A stretch of DNA of 64,000 nucleotides from Candidatus Kaiserbacteria bacterium (GCA_031430855.1 JANPCG010000015.1:68522-132521), one strand, 5' to 3'. Numbered from the stretch's first letter, positions 1-10,870 are shown. Notes: generated from the sequence alone by a model not told the origin. Numbers and translations: made by a program.

Positions 1-49
1 TGCCGCCAATTTGCGTCTTTTTGCCAGTGATTTCGCAGATTTTTGACAT
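1..49 (-). CDS. rpmB: 50S ribosomal protein L28, 5' fragment running off the window
   Basis: Manual translation from the ATG at 49 gives MSKICEITGKKTQIGG, a typical L28 N-terminus. Not in the ORF track. Confidence 0.8.
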   Translation of the reverse strand, partial: MSKICEITGKKTQIGG

Positions 50-108
50 ATAAAAGGTTTTTAGTTCGGCCATATTACCAGCTACTTCCATATATTGCAA
101 CCCCTTTC

Positions 109-228
109 GCCCATCTACTAATCCCTCATCTGCGTTGTTGTCTGTGTCGCAGAAACTTTCACCGTACGTTTGTACGGCTCAAATTTCTACTCCTTGACGC
201 CTAGCATATGAGGGATTATTAAACGGGC
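109..228. repeat. Long imperfect hairpin, family H copy 1
   Basis: TAATCCCTCAT/ATGAGGGATTA arms, apical CGTAC-GTTT-GTACG, and ATCTGCGTTG...CCTAGCATAT internal motifs. Confidence 0.65.
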
Positions 229-289
229 TCATGTATCGAGAGACAGAGCGTTTTGCAACTACTTGTGTATAATATATAAATTACATTAT

Positions 290-931
290 ATGGAACCCAT
301 TCAAATCGCCCTGATTATTGCCCTCATTACCTCAATTATTATCCATGAGATGGCTCATGCCTACGCGGCGAACGCGCTTGGGGATCCGACGGCCCGTTTG
401 CAGGGCCGGCTTTCGCCCAACCCCTTAGTTCATATTGATCCATTAATGTCGGTGATCATCCCTGGGATTTTGATCCTCACCAACTCTCCCTTCCTATTTG
501 GGGCGGCTAAGCCGGTACCCTATAACCCGTATAACTTTAGTAATCAGAAGTGGGGGGAAGCCATTGTGGCAGTGGCCGGTCCGGTTTCCAATATTATTCT
601 CGCCTTGATTTTTGCTGGGCTTATACATATGTCTGATTTCTTGCCGGTTTCGGTCACGTTTACCCAGCTGGCGTTTCAGATTGTACTGATGAATCTCTTT
701 CTAGCCTTTTTTAACCTAGTTCCCATTCCGCCCTTGGATGGATCAAAGATCTTGCCTCGATTCCTGCCCTTTTCGCTGCGGATGTCATATGAACGGTTTC
801 GTAGCGCGATGGAGCAAAACATAGTTCTGGCCTTTGGCGTCATTATTATTGCGTTTATGTATGTCCTCGGGGCTCCGCTCGCTGCTCTCACGACTAAAGT
901 GGCACTGTTTCTCGTAAACGGTGGATTTTAA
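290..931 (+). CDS. Site-2 protease (M50 family) membrane metallopeptidase
   Basis: HEMAH zinc motif, AGPVSN and FNLVPIPPLDG. ATG at 290 preferred over TTG at 263. Confidence 0.92.
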   Translation: MEPIQIALIIALITSIIIHEMAHAYAANALGDPTARLQGRLSPNPLVHIDPLMSVIIPGILILTNSPFLFGAAKPVPYNPYNFSNQKWGEAIVAVAGPVSNIILALIFAGLIHMSDFLPVSVTFTQLAFQIVLMNLFLAFFNLVPIPPLDGSKILPRFLPFSLRMSYERFRSAMEQNIVLAFGVIIIAFMYVLGAPLAALTTKVALFLVNGGF

Positions 932-994
932 AGGTAGCGAGCGTATGCTTACCCTTGCAATATAAAGCTTTTGGTAGTATTCTAGCCGAGCTTT

Positions 995-1405
995 ATGGCA
1001 ACAATAAATCAATTAACAAAGAAGAAGCGTGTCGACCCGGCTACCAAGCGTAAGACGGGTGCGTTGTACATGGGCTTTAACTCAATCGAGAACAAGCCTA
1101 ATTACTACAACTCACCGTTTAAGCGTGGCGTATGTACCAAAGTGACTACCAAGACTCCGCGTAAGCCGAACTCTGCGATTCGAAAGATTGCTCGTGTTCG
1201 TCTTTCTAACGGAATGGAAATCACTGCGTATATCCCAGGTATCAAGCACACCCTCCAAGAGCACTCAGTGGTGCTCGTTCGTGGAGGTCGTGTGAAGGAC
1301 ATCGGCGTTAACTACACTATCGTTCGTGGAAAATACGATGCGACTGGTGTGGCGGAACGACGGATGGGGCGGTCACGGTACGGGGCCAAGCGTCCAAAGG
1401 CGTAA
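995..1405 (+). CDS. rpsL: 30S ribosomal protein S12
   Basis: [20 protein letters not shown] and RGGRVKD motifs. Confidence 0.98.
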   Translation: MATINQLTKKKRVDPATKRKTGALYMGFNSIENKPNYYNSPFKRGVCTKVTTKTPRKPNSAIRKIARVRLSNGMEITAYIPGIKHTLQEHSVVLVRGGRVKDIGVNYTIVRGKYDATGVAERRMGRSRYGAKRPKA

Positions 1406-1406
1406 T

Positions 1407-1527
1407 ACTATTTTAAAATCGGCGATTAACTTTGTCGCACTACGGAAAATTTCGATCCTCGTACAATACGTACGTATCACTCATTTTTCCTTGCGTTTCT
1501 CGTTACTCATTCAATTTATAAAATAGT
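1407..1527. repeat. Long imperfect hairpin, family H copy 2
   Basis: ACTATTTTAAAAT/ATTTATAAAATAGT arms, GGAAAAT/ATTTTTCC inner stem, apical CGTAC-AATAC-GTACG. Confidence 0.6.
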
Positions 1528-1692
1528 CAGTCAATAAAAGGCTGCTACGACTTAAAAAAGATTAATAGTCTATATTCGCTACAGATACTGGTTGAGATGC
1601 AAGGGTAACCTTCGGCATCAGAATATGCGAAGAATGAAAGCAGGCCTATGCCATACTCTCATTCTTAATTAAAAAAATTAAGAACTAATAAC

Positions 1693-2163
1693 ATGCGACG
1701 TCCAATTAAAAAACGACCAGTCGTCAAACCAGACATCCAATTTGGATCTGTCGAGGTAGAACGACTCATCAACTACATCATGCTTCGCGGTCAAAAAGAA
1801 ACTGCGCGCAAGATTGTCTACGGTGCGTTTGAAGAAATCAAAAACCGAAAGGATGGAGGTGACCCAATCGAAGTATTTAATACCGCCGTACGTAACGCTG
1901 GTCCACTGATGGAAGTGCGTTCACGTAGAGTGGGAGGAGCTAACTATCAGGTGCCGCGCGAAGTACGACCAGAACGCCGTCTCGCGCTTGCCCTCCGTTG
2001 GATCATCACTGGTGCGCGTAACCAGAAAGGTGTCCCAATGCACAAGGCACTTGCGCAGGAACTCGTTCTCGCTGCCAAGGAAGAAGGAAATGCAGTGAAG
2101 AAGAAGGAGGATACGCACAAGATGGCTGAGGCGAACCGAGCGTTTGCACACTTCGCCTGGTAA
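1693..2163 (+). CDS. rpsG: 30S ribosomal protein S7
   Basis: [12 protein letters not shown] and [12 protein letters not shown]. Confidence 0.98.
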   Translation: MRRPIKKRPVVKPDIQFGSVEVERLINYIMLRGQKETARKIVYGAFEEIKNRKDGGDPIEVFNTAVRNAGPLMEVRSRRVGGANYQVPREVRPERRLALALRWIITGARNQKGVPMHKALAQELVLAAKEEGNAVKKKEDTHKMAEANRAFAHFAW

Positions 2164-2299
2164 TTCCATTTTGAACGAACTACTTCGTTGAACTACGAAA
2201 AAAGACCCTCGCTGGACACTTGTCCCACTTGGGTCTTTTTTCTGGTGCTCCGCGTGATTCATCTTAAATTTTGTTTTCTTGTTTTCTTGAAATGAATTA
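2161..2299. repeat. Long imperfect hairpin, family H copy 3 (may also terminate rpsG)
   Basis: GAAAAAAGACCC/GGGTCTTTTTTC stem, apical GGAC-ACTT-GTCC, CTACTT internal motif. Confidence 0.6.
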
Positions 2300-2305
2300 T
2301 GCAAA

Positions 2306-2566
2306 TTAATTCCATAATTTACTCAGCAGACCATCTTTTGGTGCAGCTCCTAATATATAAATGAAAATGTAACTACACACAGCGTAGACATTATCTTCGA
2401 CCTTTATCCAATCACCGTTGTAAATGTGATTAGCCTGTACGCATATGAATCCGAATAAAAGTAACAGCGGAATGCCAATGGTAACTAGAGGAACAATAAT
2501 GGGTATACAGTTTGCGAAACTTTGTTCCCAAGATTTTGATATTTTGTTTTTACGATAGGTTTTCAT
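2306..2566 (-). CDS. Small hypothetical membrane protein
   Basis: Two hydrophobic stretches; overlaps the end of the upstream gene. Confidence 0.45.
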   Translation of the reverse strand: MKTYRKNKISKSWEQSFANCIPIIVPLVTIGIPLLLLFGFICVQANHIYNGDWIKVEDNVYAVCSYIFIYILGAAPKDGLLSKLWN

Positions 2567-3311
2567 TACTTAAATTAGCGCTTGATTCATCAAATGCGTC
2601 CTCTAGTGCCCTGAGGGCAGTCTTAATCTCTTTCGTTAGACCAAATTTTGAATCAATCACAATTTTCCAGTTAGCTCCTTGTAATAAACGTTGGTGACCG
2701 TATTCTCCAGTTTGATTTATTTGAGAGCTGGCTGGACTCTGTAACGACTCAGTATTAGTGTTTTCATTCGCCGAGATTTCTTTGGTGGCGTTCATAAATG
2801 AAGATAAAATTCCATTTTCATCAAGCAAGCGTGAAAATTTCATTGTTTCAACGAAAGCAGCGACTGCTTCCGGTGCGGCCGTGGGACTAATCCCATAATC
2901 CGCACGTAGTACATTTTGTAGCATCGCTGGTAGTTTTTCTCCTGAGTACTTGCTCAGAAGGAGAGAGTACAGATTTGGTTGCTTTGCCGCTTCGATAATT
3001 GCCATCTCTTTATCTTCATTTGAAATTGGAAATAAAATACGATTTGCGAGAATACTTACAGTATATCTGTCTCCAGTACGGTCGAGTAGGCCAAAATGAG
3101 TCATAGCCGCAATTTTTCTTGCAGAAGCTCCTGATAATCCTGAATAACCAATCCCAACAGCAGCTGCACTTCGTTTGTGCGGGCCTTGGCCCAATTTCTC
3201 TCTAAGTTTAAACACTAGTTCAACTGACTCACCTAAACCAATGCCAGGGTACGCAGTACTACGTTCCCTTTGCCGCTTAACCTCGTTACTGAGCGATTTA
3301 TCTTTATCCAT
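2550..3311 (-). CDS. Hypothetical protein, possible winged-helix DNA-binding N-terminus
   Basis: 253-aa ORF; YP...AVGIGYSGLSGASARKIAAMTHFGLL pattern resembles uncharacterised wHTH proteins; AT-rich upstream region. Confidence 0.55.
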   Translation of the reverse strand: MDKDKSLSNEVKRQRERSTAYPGIGLGESVELVFKLREKLGQGPHKRSAAAVGIGYSGLSGASARKIAAMTHFGLLDRTGDRYTVSILANRILFPISNEDKEMAIIEAAKQPNLYSLLLSKYSGEKLPAMLQNVLRADYGISPTAAPEAVAAFVETMKFSRLLDENGILSSFMNATKEISANENTNTESLQSPASSQINQTGEYGHQRLLQGANWKIVIDSKFGLTKEIKTALRALEDAFDESSANLSNENLS

Positions 3312-3552
3312 AACTTGAAATGTTAATAATTATGAGTATATTGTACTAAAATGATAGTTATACGTCAAATATCCATATAAATAGGGATATTAATAATAAG
3401 TTATAAGTTACCGTGACTTTAGACTGTGGATAACTCAGTAATAATGGGGATAGTTTAATAAAATCATATGATTAGCTCGATTTATCACCCGGAATCTTTG
3501 CTTAAACAAGCCTTAGGCAGAAAGACAATTTGCTATACTTTGAATATCTATT

Positions 3553-3969
3553 ATGTTGCTCTATCACGCCTCAGCTCACAAATTTTCAGTCATTAAACGT
3601 AATCAGGCGACTGTGGCTGAAGGGTTAGAGGTGCCGGAAGGTGAGTTGCAAAATAAAATCTATCTCACGCCGAGTTTTGGATTTGCGATTGCGATGGCGG
3701 CTGGTCCGACTGGGATTACGAGTATTAGTGACGATGGGGCCGAGATTAGTTTTGAAAATATGAATGATTTTGATTCTGAGTCGTCAGTGTATGTCTACGC
3801 TGTTGAGAGTGAGAATCTGCCACCAGAAAAATTAGAACAGATTGATGAAAATCAATTTACGCTTGATCTGGATGAATTGCTTCCTGAGTCAGTTGCTGAG
3901 TACCAGGCCAAAGAAGTTTTTAATTATTATCGCCTCGTTGATTTTATCCATCCAGCTGATAGAGGGTAG
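3553..3969 (+). CDS. Hypothetical acidic protein
   Basis: 138-aa ORF (LYHAS...IYLT...YVYAV) preceded by a TATACT -10 box. Confidence 0.7.
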   Translation: MLLYHASAHKFSVIKRNQATVAEGLEVPEGELQNKIYLTPSFGFAIAMAAGPTGITSISDDGAEISFENMNDFDSESSVYVYAVESENLPPEKLEQIDENQFTLDLDELLPESVAEYQAKEVFNYYRLVDFIHPADRG

Positions 3970-3976
3970 ATTTTAA

Positions 3977-4327
3977 TTACAGACTCGCGCCGTCGTATTC
4001 GTTAACTTTGACTTGAAAAAGATCAAAGTTTTCGAGGCAGTTGAGGTTAATCATTGTCATGTAGTTACCGTTACCATCATGCCCGTGACCAAACGATTGA
4101 ACGCCGCAGACTTTGCAGAAGGTGTGGTCGATGTGGTTTTTATTGAACTGATAGGTGGTCTGCGCGTCAGCGCCCGCAAGGAGTGTGAATTCATTGTCGG
4201 GCACAAATGCGAGTAAAAAACCCTTTCGTCTGCAGTGTGAGCAGTTGCAATGCATGCCTTCAGTAAAGTCACCAGTAACGCTATAGGTTACCGCTTTGCA
4301 GTGGCAACTACCATGATATGTTTTCAT
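3977..4327 (-). CDS. GFA/CENP-V family zinc protein
   Basis: GSCHCKAV, HCNCSHC, FCKVCG and INLNCL. Confidence 0.93.
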   Translation of the reverse strand: MKTYHGSCHCKAVTYSVTGDFTEGMHCNCSHCRRKGFLLAFVPDNEFTLLAGADAQTTYQFNKNHIDHTFCKVCGVQSFGHGHDGNGNYMTMINLNCLENFDLFQVKVNEYDGASL

Positions 4328-4407
4328 CAGGAAAGTATACCAAATTATTTTTTGTCCCCAGGATCATCTAGTTAATTGGAACGTGTAGTATATAGTAAAA
4401 ATATTGG

Positions 4408-4438
4408 GGGATAGCTGGGATACCAGCTATCCCGTTTT
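4408..4438 (+). promoter_or_regulatory. 5' leader hairpin with U tract ahead of the giant surface protein
   Basis: GGGATAGCTG-GGATAC-CAGCTATCCC-GTTTT just after a TATAGT -10 box. Confidence 0.5.
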
Positions 4439-4477
4439 GCATTGTTGATATTATTTACTCGTTCATCATTTATTGCC

Positions 4478-7400
4478 ATGACTAAAATCCTAACCACTTT
4501 TAATAAAATTGTAATTATTTTATTTGTTGCAATTACGTTTATCTTAGGAGGTGTGTCGGCCTACGCTCAAACTACTTTAGTGAACAGTAAAACAGCTGTA
4601 ACTATTGAGTCGCTATTAAGACAAATTTCTGAAATTAGGGTTATGGTGCACCAGTTAGGAGGTGTACCAAAGGTGCTTGGCGCTACAACTGTTTCAACGG
4701 TGGCTGAATTTGATGCGGCGATTAAAAAAGCAGTCTCGGGTGACGTAATCTACCTTTCTCCGGGGGTATACAATCTTGATACCTTTTCAGGTGGTACCTA
4801 CCGTATTACAAATCGAATTTTTTCTGCCACCAACCCCGTAATTATTCGGTCAGCTTTAGCGAGTAATCCAGCCGTCCTTCTTGCCGGAGATCTTCAGATT
4901 TCGGGAACAACCGGTTTGCGTTTTGAAAACGTAAAAGTAACTGACGATCAGGCGGGACGTGGTTATAGTAGCCCGATGATGACTATACGAAATAGTAAAA
5001 ATATTACTTTTGCCGGTACGGTATTTCGTGGGTATGTACTTAAGTCAACAGAAGGAGTTCTGGCTTCAGTAACAACGAGTCGTGATGTGCCAATTTCAAA
5101 TTATCCATATGGCGCAGGGGTTCATGTATTCGATTCATCATATGTAATGTTTGATACTGTTGATATGGCTGATTATATTATCAATCTAGTTTTCAGTGAG
5201 TCTGATAATGTAACGCTGCGAAATTCTCATATCCATCATGTTCGCTCTGACTTTTTGAGAATTGTTGGTAGTCAAGATGTTCTTATAGATCGAAATCAGT
5301 TCAATACACCAATGGGGATCCATCGGAGTCAATTAAAAGTAGGGGCAACAGATGGTGATCACGTGGACGGTATCCAATACTACATTGCGGGTACTGGTGA
5401 AAGTATCGAAAGAGTAGTCATGAGTAATAACGTGTTTCTCGAAGCCGGTGCCAGTCATATGCAAAATATGTTTGGTCGTGGTAATGCTGGCCAAGCAGGT
5501 GATTTTATAAGAGATTTCCAATACTTTAATAATGTTGTGTACTCGACCAATCCGAAAGGTATCTCTATTGGAGATATGCAAAATGCCAAGGTGCACCACA
5601 ATACCTTCATCTATGCTGGAGGCTATGAAACTATTAGTACAAACACCTTAATTAATGCGCCAGGGATTGAATTAAATGAAATTGAGAACAACGGTACTGC
5701 GAATAAGCCTGAGTTAGCTCTAAGAAATATTGAAGTACACGACAATATCATTGGTTACACGAACGCTTTTACAAAAGAGAACGGCGTAACAATTAGAGAT
5801 GAATCAAATACCCTCAGAGGTTCAGCAAAAACTGCCTTTATGAATGAGCGAAATATTGTTATGAACAACAATATTCAAATGAGTGCAACTGCGAGCGACA
5901 TTGACTCGTTTAGTAAATTACTAAAAAATTGGAATGCAGGTATGATTGCCAATGTTAGTGACCTTGAACTGAACGAAGCCGGTAAAGTTTTTGCTAAAGG
6001 AGCGGGAAGTCCATTTAGTCATAATTCCGCAAATGCTCCAAAGCGACCACTGTTGTCTAACTCTGGTTTAGCTAGTTGGCCACCACGAGCAATATCTATT
6101 GAGGGGAAATTTCCAAATTACCGAGATACTGCTTCATACGGAGCTACTCCAGTGGGAGGCGGCTCAGTCGGGGGTGGAACACCAATTATAATTTCCGCAT
6201 CAACCACGCCAAAACTTGGAGAAACTATAATCACTATTGGTGATGCAAATGTGCGCAGTTTATATGGTTTAACAAGTGTACTACTTGGAGCTCAGCCAAT
6301 TAATAGCATAGGAACAGTTGTTAGTCCCGTATCACAAACTGCCGGTGGCTACACATGGGTTAATGTTAATTTTAGTACGGGTGTTGATGGATGGGTAGCT
6401 ACAACGCGTATTAAACTAACTACCGCTGTACCGACGCCCACTATAGTTGATACTGATAAAGATGGAGTGGCTGATGCTGTAGATAATTGTGTATTGATCA
6501 GTAATACAAATCAGCTTGATACTGATGGTGACAAAGTAGGGAACGCGTGTGATGCTACTCCTAATGGCACCGCCATACCGGCCCCGAGTGCAAATCCAAA
6601 TAATGTACTCAGTGCAGCAAAAATAATTGCTACGTCTAATAATTTTGAAATAAATCATACCGTTGATAATTTGTTTGATGGATGTCTTACGGTAGCGCTT
6701 GGTTGTTCAGCTGGGTCAGAAGTAGCTGAGACATTCTGGGTAGAATTTGATCTTGGCGCAAATTACAATTTGGCGTCTACTCGTATCTTTGGTGATACAT
6801 TGGGTACCTGGCATTCACGAACATGGAGTTTTGAAACTAAGCTCACCGCTAGTGCTACCTATCAAAAAGTATTTACGAGTGCAGATGTGTATGGTTCGAC
6901 CTGGTTTGAGCGCCCATTAGGAACAACTGGACGATACGTGAAAGTAACCGTACATGGAACGCCAGGAACAGGCAGAGTACAGGCAATGGAGTTAGAGCTA
7001 CTGGGTACCCTTGCCCCGATTGTAGTGCCTAGTCCAACTATTGATACAGACGCAGATGGAGTGGTAGATAGAGCAGATAACTGTCCGACCATACGTAATG
7101 CAGGACAGTGGGATAAAGACAGAGATGGTATTGGTAACGTCTGTGATCCTGATTACCGTACTGTAGCGACAACAACCCCACCAGTGGTAACCAATCCTCC
7201 AGTAGCATATGCAGGCACGGACAGAACTATTTATCTTCCAACAAACTCAGCTACCCCTGAAGACCAGAGTATTGAAAACTCTGAAGCCACCACCGTTACC
7301 TATCTCTGGACTCTGCGTGAAAGAGATTCTGGTACAAATGTCCCTGTTATTACCAACAGCAAAACGCTTGTTCCAACATTTAGCTCACTCTCTGCTGGTG

Positions 7401-8296
7401 ATTATATCTTTCGCTTGACCGTGACCGACAATCTCGGTCGTGTACATACAGATGATATGAAAGTAACGGTTATGAGAGCAACCCAAGATGGCACAGTTAT
7501 TACCAATCCTACGGGAGGTAGTATCACTGGTCTTAAAACCAATCCAAAAATATTATTTGTGGGTAATTCATACACGTATGCGGCCCCCGGTGGTAATCGT
7601 GAAGAAAGTGCCTCCGGTATGTTTATGAGGATGTTGAAATTAAAGGCATCGGGCGCCACTCATGATTTGTCGGTAATTGGTGGTTCAGTGATGAGCGAAT
7701 TGTGGAATTGGGTAGATAAACCAGCACAGTATAATCCAAAAACTCGCCTTGAGTCCGGTGACTACGACCTGTTGGTGCTCCAAAGTGGCGATGGCTTGCT
7801 GACAAGTGGTAGTCAAGCTGATTATGAAAAGTATTCAGATTTATTTATAAACTTAGCAAAGAACAATGGTAGCAACGTGCTGCTCTATGGTATTTGGGCT
7901 CCCGATAACATGATTAGTATTAGTAAGGGTGAGACGATTGCAACTAATGCTCACGCTTTCTACACCACTACCGCCAATCGAAACGCCACCGGTTATGCTG
8001 CTTCTGGAAAAGCATATACTGAAGCCTATAAAAAATTCACTGAGCTCTATGGTAATGGGGACGATGGGCAGACTGCTGAAAACATGTTGACTTACGATAG
8101 TGTGCACGCTGCTCCGCCGGCTGCGTACCTCGCTGCCAATATGCTGTATTTAGCTGCCTTTAATGTTAATCCACCAACCCCAAGTGAATTTTTGCCTGCT
8201 GGAGTGACAATTGCAGATGCTAAAATACTTCAAGCTATAGCCATAGAGTCACACGCAAAATATGGTATTAACGTAGCTAATTCCTGGTATAAGTAA
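4478..8296 (+). CDS. Large secreted multidomain protein: parallel beta-helix, SH3-like, thrombospondin type-3 repeats, discoidin-like, PKD/Ig, C-terminal SGNH hydrolase-like
   Basis: Signal peptide ending AYA; beta-helix-like repeats; DTDKDGVADAVDNC repeats; NPPVAYAG...YIFRLTVTD; LFVGNSYT...DSVH. ATG at 4478 likely. Confidence 0.8.
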   Translation: MTKILTTFNKIVIILFVAITFILGGVSAYAQTTLVNSKTAVTIESLLRQISEIRVMVHQLGGVPKVLGATTVSTVAEFDAAIKKAVSGDVIYLSPGVYNLDTFSGGTYRITNRIFSATNPVIIRSALASNPAVLLAGDLQISGTTGLRFENVKVTDDQAGRGYSSPMMTIRNSKNITFAGTVFRGYVLKSTEGVLASVTTSRDVPISNYPYGAGVHVFDSSYVMFDTVDMADYIINLVFSESDNVTLRNSHIHHVRSDFLRIVGSQDVLIDRNQFNTPMGIHRSQLKVGATDGDHVDGIQYYIAGTGESIERVVMSNNVFLEAGASHMQNMFGRGNAGQAGDFIRDFQYFNNVVYSTNPKGISIGDMQNAKVHHNTFIYAGGYETISTNTLINAPGIELNEIENNGTANKPELALRNIEVHDNIIGYTNAFTKENGVTIRDESNTLRGSAKTAFMNERNIVMNNNIQMSATASDIDSFSKLLKNWNAGMIANVSDLELNEAGKVFAKGAGSPFSHNSANAPKRPLLSNSGLASWPPRAISIEGKFPNYRDTASYGATPVGGGSVGGGTPIIISASTTPKLGETIITIGDANVRSLYGLTSVLLGAQPINSIGTVVSPVSQTAGGYTWVNVNFSTGVDGWVATTRIKLTTAVPTPTIVDTDKDGVADAVDNCVLISNTNQLDTDGDKVGNACDATPNGTAIPAPSANPNNVLSAAKIIATSNNFEINHTVDNLFDGCLTVALGCSAGSEVAETFWVEFDLGANYNLASTRIFGDTLGTWHSRTWSFETKLTASATYQKVFTSADVYGSTWFERPLGTTGRYVKVTVHGTPGTGRVQAMELELLGTLAPIVVPSPTIDTDADGVVDRADNCPTIRNAGQWDKDRDGIGNVCDPDYRTVATTTPPVVTNPPVAYAGTDRTIYLPTNSATPEDQSIENSEATTVTYLWTLRERDSGTNVPVITNSKTLVPTFSSLSAGDYIFRLTVTDNLGRVHTDDMKVTVMRATQDGTVITNPTGGSITGLKTNPKILFVGNSYTYAAPGGNREESASGMFMRMLKLKASGATHDLSVIGGSVMSELWNWVDKPAQYNPKTRLESGDYDLLVLQSGDGLLTSGSQADYEKYSDLFINLAKNNGSNVLLYGIWAPDNMISISKGETIATNAHAFYTTTANRNATGYAASGKAYTEAYKKFTELYGNGDDGQTAENMLTYDSVHAAPPAAYLAANMLYLAAFNVNPPTPSEFLPAGVTIADAKILQAIAIESHAKYGINVANSWYK

Positions 8297-8550
8297 AATC
8301 AAGCAACTTCAAATAATTGATTTGGAGAATGCTTATTTCACCAACTCAGAGTAGTCTGTGACGTTATGGGAAAATAAAGAGCACGGTACCTTGGTATCGG
8401 CTTTTTGATTTACTACTAGAACTGCCGATATGGTTTTTATAGAATAAAATTTACGTTTAATTTTATAGTTAAACCGGGTAACAAGTTAGGCAATAAATTG
8501 CAAGAACATATACAGACGTCTGTAGTATGCTACAGGGGGCGTGTCAAATT

Positions 8551-8851
8551 AATGGAGGGATCCATGGAAGTAAAAGATTGGGTTGGTGTCTGCAATGGTA
8601 TTGCTCTCGTGATTCTTGATGATCAAGGTCAGGTAGAGGTGGCGGAACTAGTAGCGGCTGGTAACCTGTCTCGTGCACAGCTCCTGCTCGTCGCTCATGC
8701 TGACTATCTGTATGAGGATGAAAGGTTGTCGCGCATTGAGCGCGATGAACTGCATCGTCAGCTGGGTCTCGCCGCCCGCGAGGTCGTAGAGATTCAGAAT
8801 ACCCACCAGTACATTGGAATTCGCGGAATTCTCAGTCAAAACAAAAGATGA
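8551..8851 (+). CDS. Hypothetical protein (start uncertain)
   Basis: ORF 8498..8851; GGAGG sits before the internal ATG at 8564. Confidence 0.45.
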
Positions 8852-9241
8852 GAAGATGGGAGAGAAAGGAAGTCACAAACTGCGGTTGCTGTTTGTGAGT
8901 AGGCGAAAAGAAGGTTCGCAGTCTGAGTCTGTCCCCGCTTCACACGCAGGTGAGTCGCAGGTTCCAGGCCAGGCAATCAGGCGATTTTTCAATTTCGCTC
9001 ATGCTGAAGGTTCGCTGCTACGGAATCAGGTTGAGACCAGACGGACTGAAGGTTAAGGCAGCAAAAGGTCAGTCCGGTGGGCTGACCTTTTCCTTTTGTG
9101 ATGTATTCGACTCCCCACTTTGGGGACGGGTACTTTTATTGCCCATAATTACGATGAAATGACAGGGTTATTCTACAGTACACCTCATATTTATCCCGAC
9201 CGCTCAATAAAAAATGAAACACATACGCTATACTGTAAGTG

Positions 9242-9670
9242 ATGGAAAAGACTCCAAAAAAAGAGCAGTCAGAGCAGATTTCGCTCGTTGAACAAAAGCG
9301 CGTTGAAGCATTAGCTTCAGTTCTCGATGATCTTGATGTTCGATTTCCGGTAGAGATGAAGCGAACGTTTATCTCTAATGAACGGGAGTATGCGCTTACG
9401 AGTCCGGCTGATTGTATGGTGGCCTTTGCACAACAAAATCGAGAGGCAGTGGAAGCGTTATATAAAGAAATTCTTACTAAAGATGATTATCGGGCAGAGC
9501 AAGCGGTGGTAAAGATCCTTAAATTATTTGAGGCCTATGAAAAAACGGTCGCTCTTTATGCAGAACTCTCGAGTTACTATCCGGTTGCAGCTGCGCGCGT
9601 AACCGAGAAGTTGCCACCACTGTCGGAAATTACCACCCATGGTACGGAAGTATGGAATGAAATTAAGTAG
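9242..9670 (+). CDS. Hypothetical helical protein
   Basis: 143-aa ORF after a TATACT -10 box. Confidence 0.65.
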   Translation: MEKTPKKEQSEQISLVEQKRVEALASVLDDLDVRFPVEMKRTFISNEREYALTSPADCMVAFAQQNREAVEALYKEILTKDDYRAEQAVVKILKLFEAYEKTVALYAELSSYYPVAAARVTEKLPPLSEITTHGTEVWNEIK

Positions 9671-9694
9671 CGTTCGTTAGTTCTTTATTTATAT

Positions 9695-10756
9695 ATGACA
9701 ATTGATTTTGATGCAGAAATTGTAGCGCACCTCGAGCAAGTCAGACGACTGCAGAAACCGTCTGGGGTATTTACTGCCTCCGCGCACGATGTAGCGACTG
9801 GATACGACAAGGCGTGGCTCCGTGATATTTATTTTATGACTCTCGGGTTTCTTGAGACGGGTGAGATTGAAGTGGTACAAAAAGCAGCCCGAGCCTTACT
9901 CGAAGTATTTGTAAAACACGAAGCAAAAATTAATTGGGCAATCGAACATCGTCCACATGAAACCTGGCAGCGCATTCATGCCCGTTTCCATCCTGAGACC
10001 TTTGAGGAATATTGGGAAGAGTGGGGAAATAGTCAGAACGATGCGGTGGGTGAAGTCCTTAATATTATTGTTGAGCTCGAATTGTGTAATGCGAGTGTAG
10101 TACAGACCGAAGACGAGCGAGAGGTGGTACAAAAAATTATCAACTACCTCGTTGCACTTGAGTATTGGCAAGATCCAGACAATGGCATTTGGGAAGAGAA
10201 TATGGAGGTCCACGCCTCATCAGTTGGTTCCTGCGTGGCGGCGCTAAAGAAAGCAAAAAATGTCCCTTGGCTTAGCGTTCCTGATGATTCGATCACTCAA
10301 GGTGAAATTGCTCTTCGTAATATGTTGCCACGCGAATCAAAAACAAAATTTGCTGACCTGGCGCTACTCTCGCTGATCTATCCATTTGCCGTGACGACAC
10401 CGGAAGAGACGGAAACTATTTTACGTAATGTAGAGTACCATCTCACTCGAGATAAAGGGGTAATTCGATATAAACTCGACCGCTATTATAATCAAAATGA
10501 AGATGGATACAGTGAAGAGGCTGAGTGGTGTTTTGGATTAGCGTGGCTCGCGATTATTTATGCCGAGCGCGGTGAGAAAGAAAAGGCCTACTACTATCTC
10601 AGGCGGGCAAAAATGACCGTTACTCCAGCCGGTCAGGTTCCTGAGCTTTACTATTCACACACTGAAATACCAAACGACAATACACCGTTAGGTTGGGCAG
10701 AGAGTATGTATGTTGTGGCGCTTCAAAAAGTAAAGGAGATGGATATTCGAGGTTAG
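9695..10756 (+). CDS. Glycoside hydrolase family 15-like (alpha/alpha)6 protein
   Basis: YDKAWLRD, QNDAVG, DNGIWEE, VPELY and PLGWAESM. Confidence 0.88.
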   Translation: MTIDFDAEIVAHLEQVRRLQKPSGVFTASAHDVATGYDKAWLRDIYFMTLGFLETGEIEVVQKAARALLEVFVKHEAKINWAIEHRPHETWQRIHARFHPETFEEYWEEWGNSQNDAVGEVLNIIVELELCNASVVQTEDEREVVQKIINYLVALEYWQDPDNGIWEENMEVHASSVGSCVAALKKAKNVPWLSVPDDSITQGEIALRNMLPRESKTKFADLALLSLIYPFAVTTPEETETILRNVEYHLTRDKGVIRYKLDRYYNQNEDGYSEEAEWCFGLAWLAIIYAERGEKEKAYYYLRRAKMTVTPAGQVPELYYSHTEIPNDNTPLGWAESMYVVALQKVKEMDIRG

Positions 10757-10844
10757 TCCAAATGTCATACGAAGAAGTATTATTTTGTAATAAACAAGGC
10801 AAAAATGCGTAGTAATTAGTGTTAGAAATTAAATTACGATAGAC

Positions 10845-10870
10845 ATGACAAAAAAGCTGTATTTGCAGGA
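10845..10870 (+). pseudogene. Truncated msrA 5' end, copy 1
   Basis: ATGACAAAAAAGCTGTATTTGCAGGA versus intact ATGACTAAAAAAGCTGTATTTGCCGGC (1-nt deletion). Confidence 0.7.

Noticed and set aside
8814-9162. Two short overlapping ORFs in a GC-richer patch
   Set aside because: No motifs or clear starts; coding status cannot be supported.
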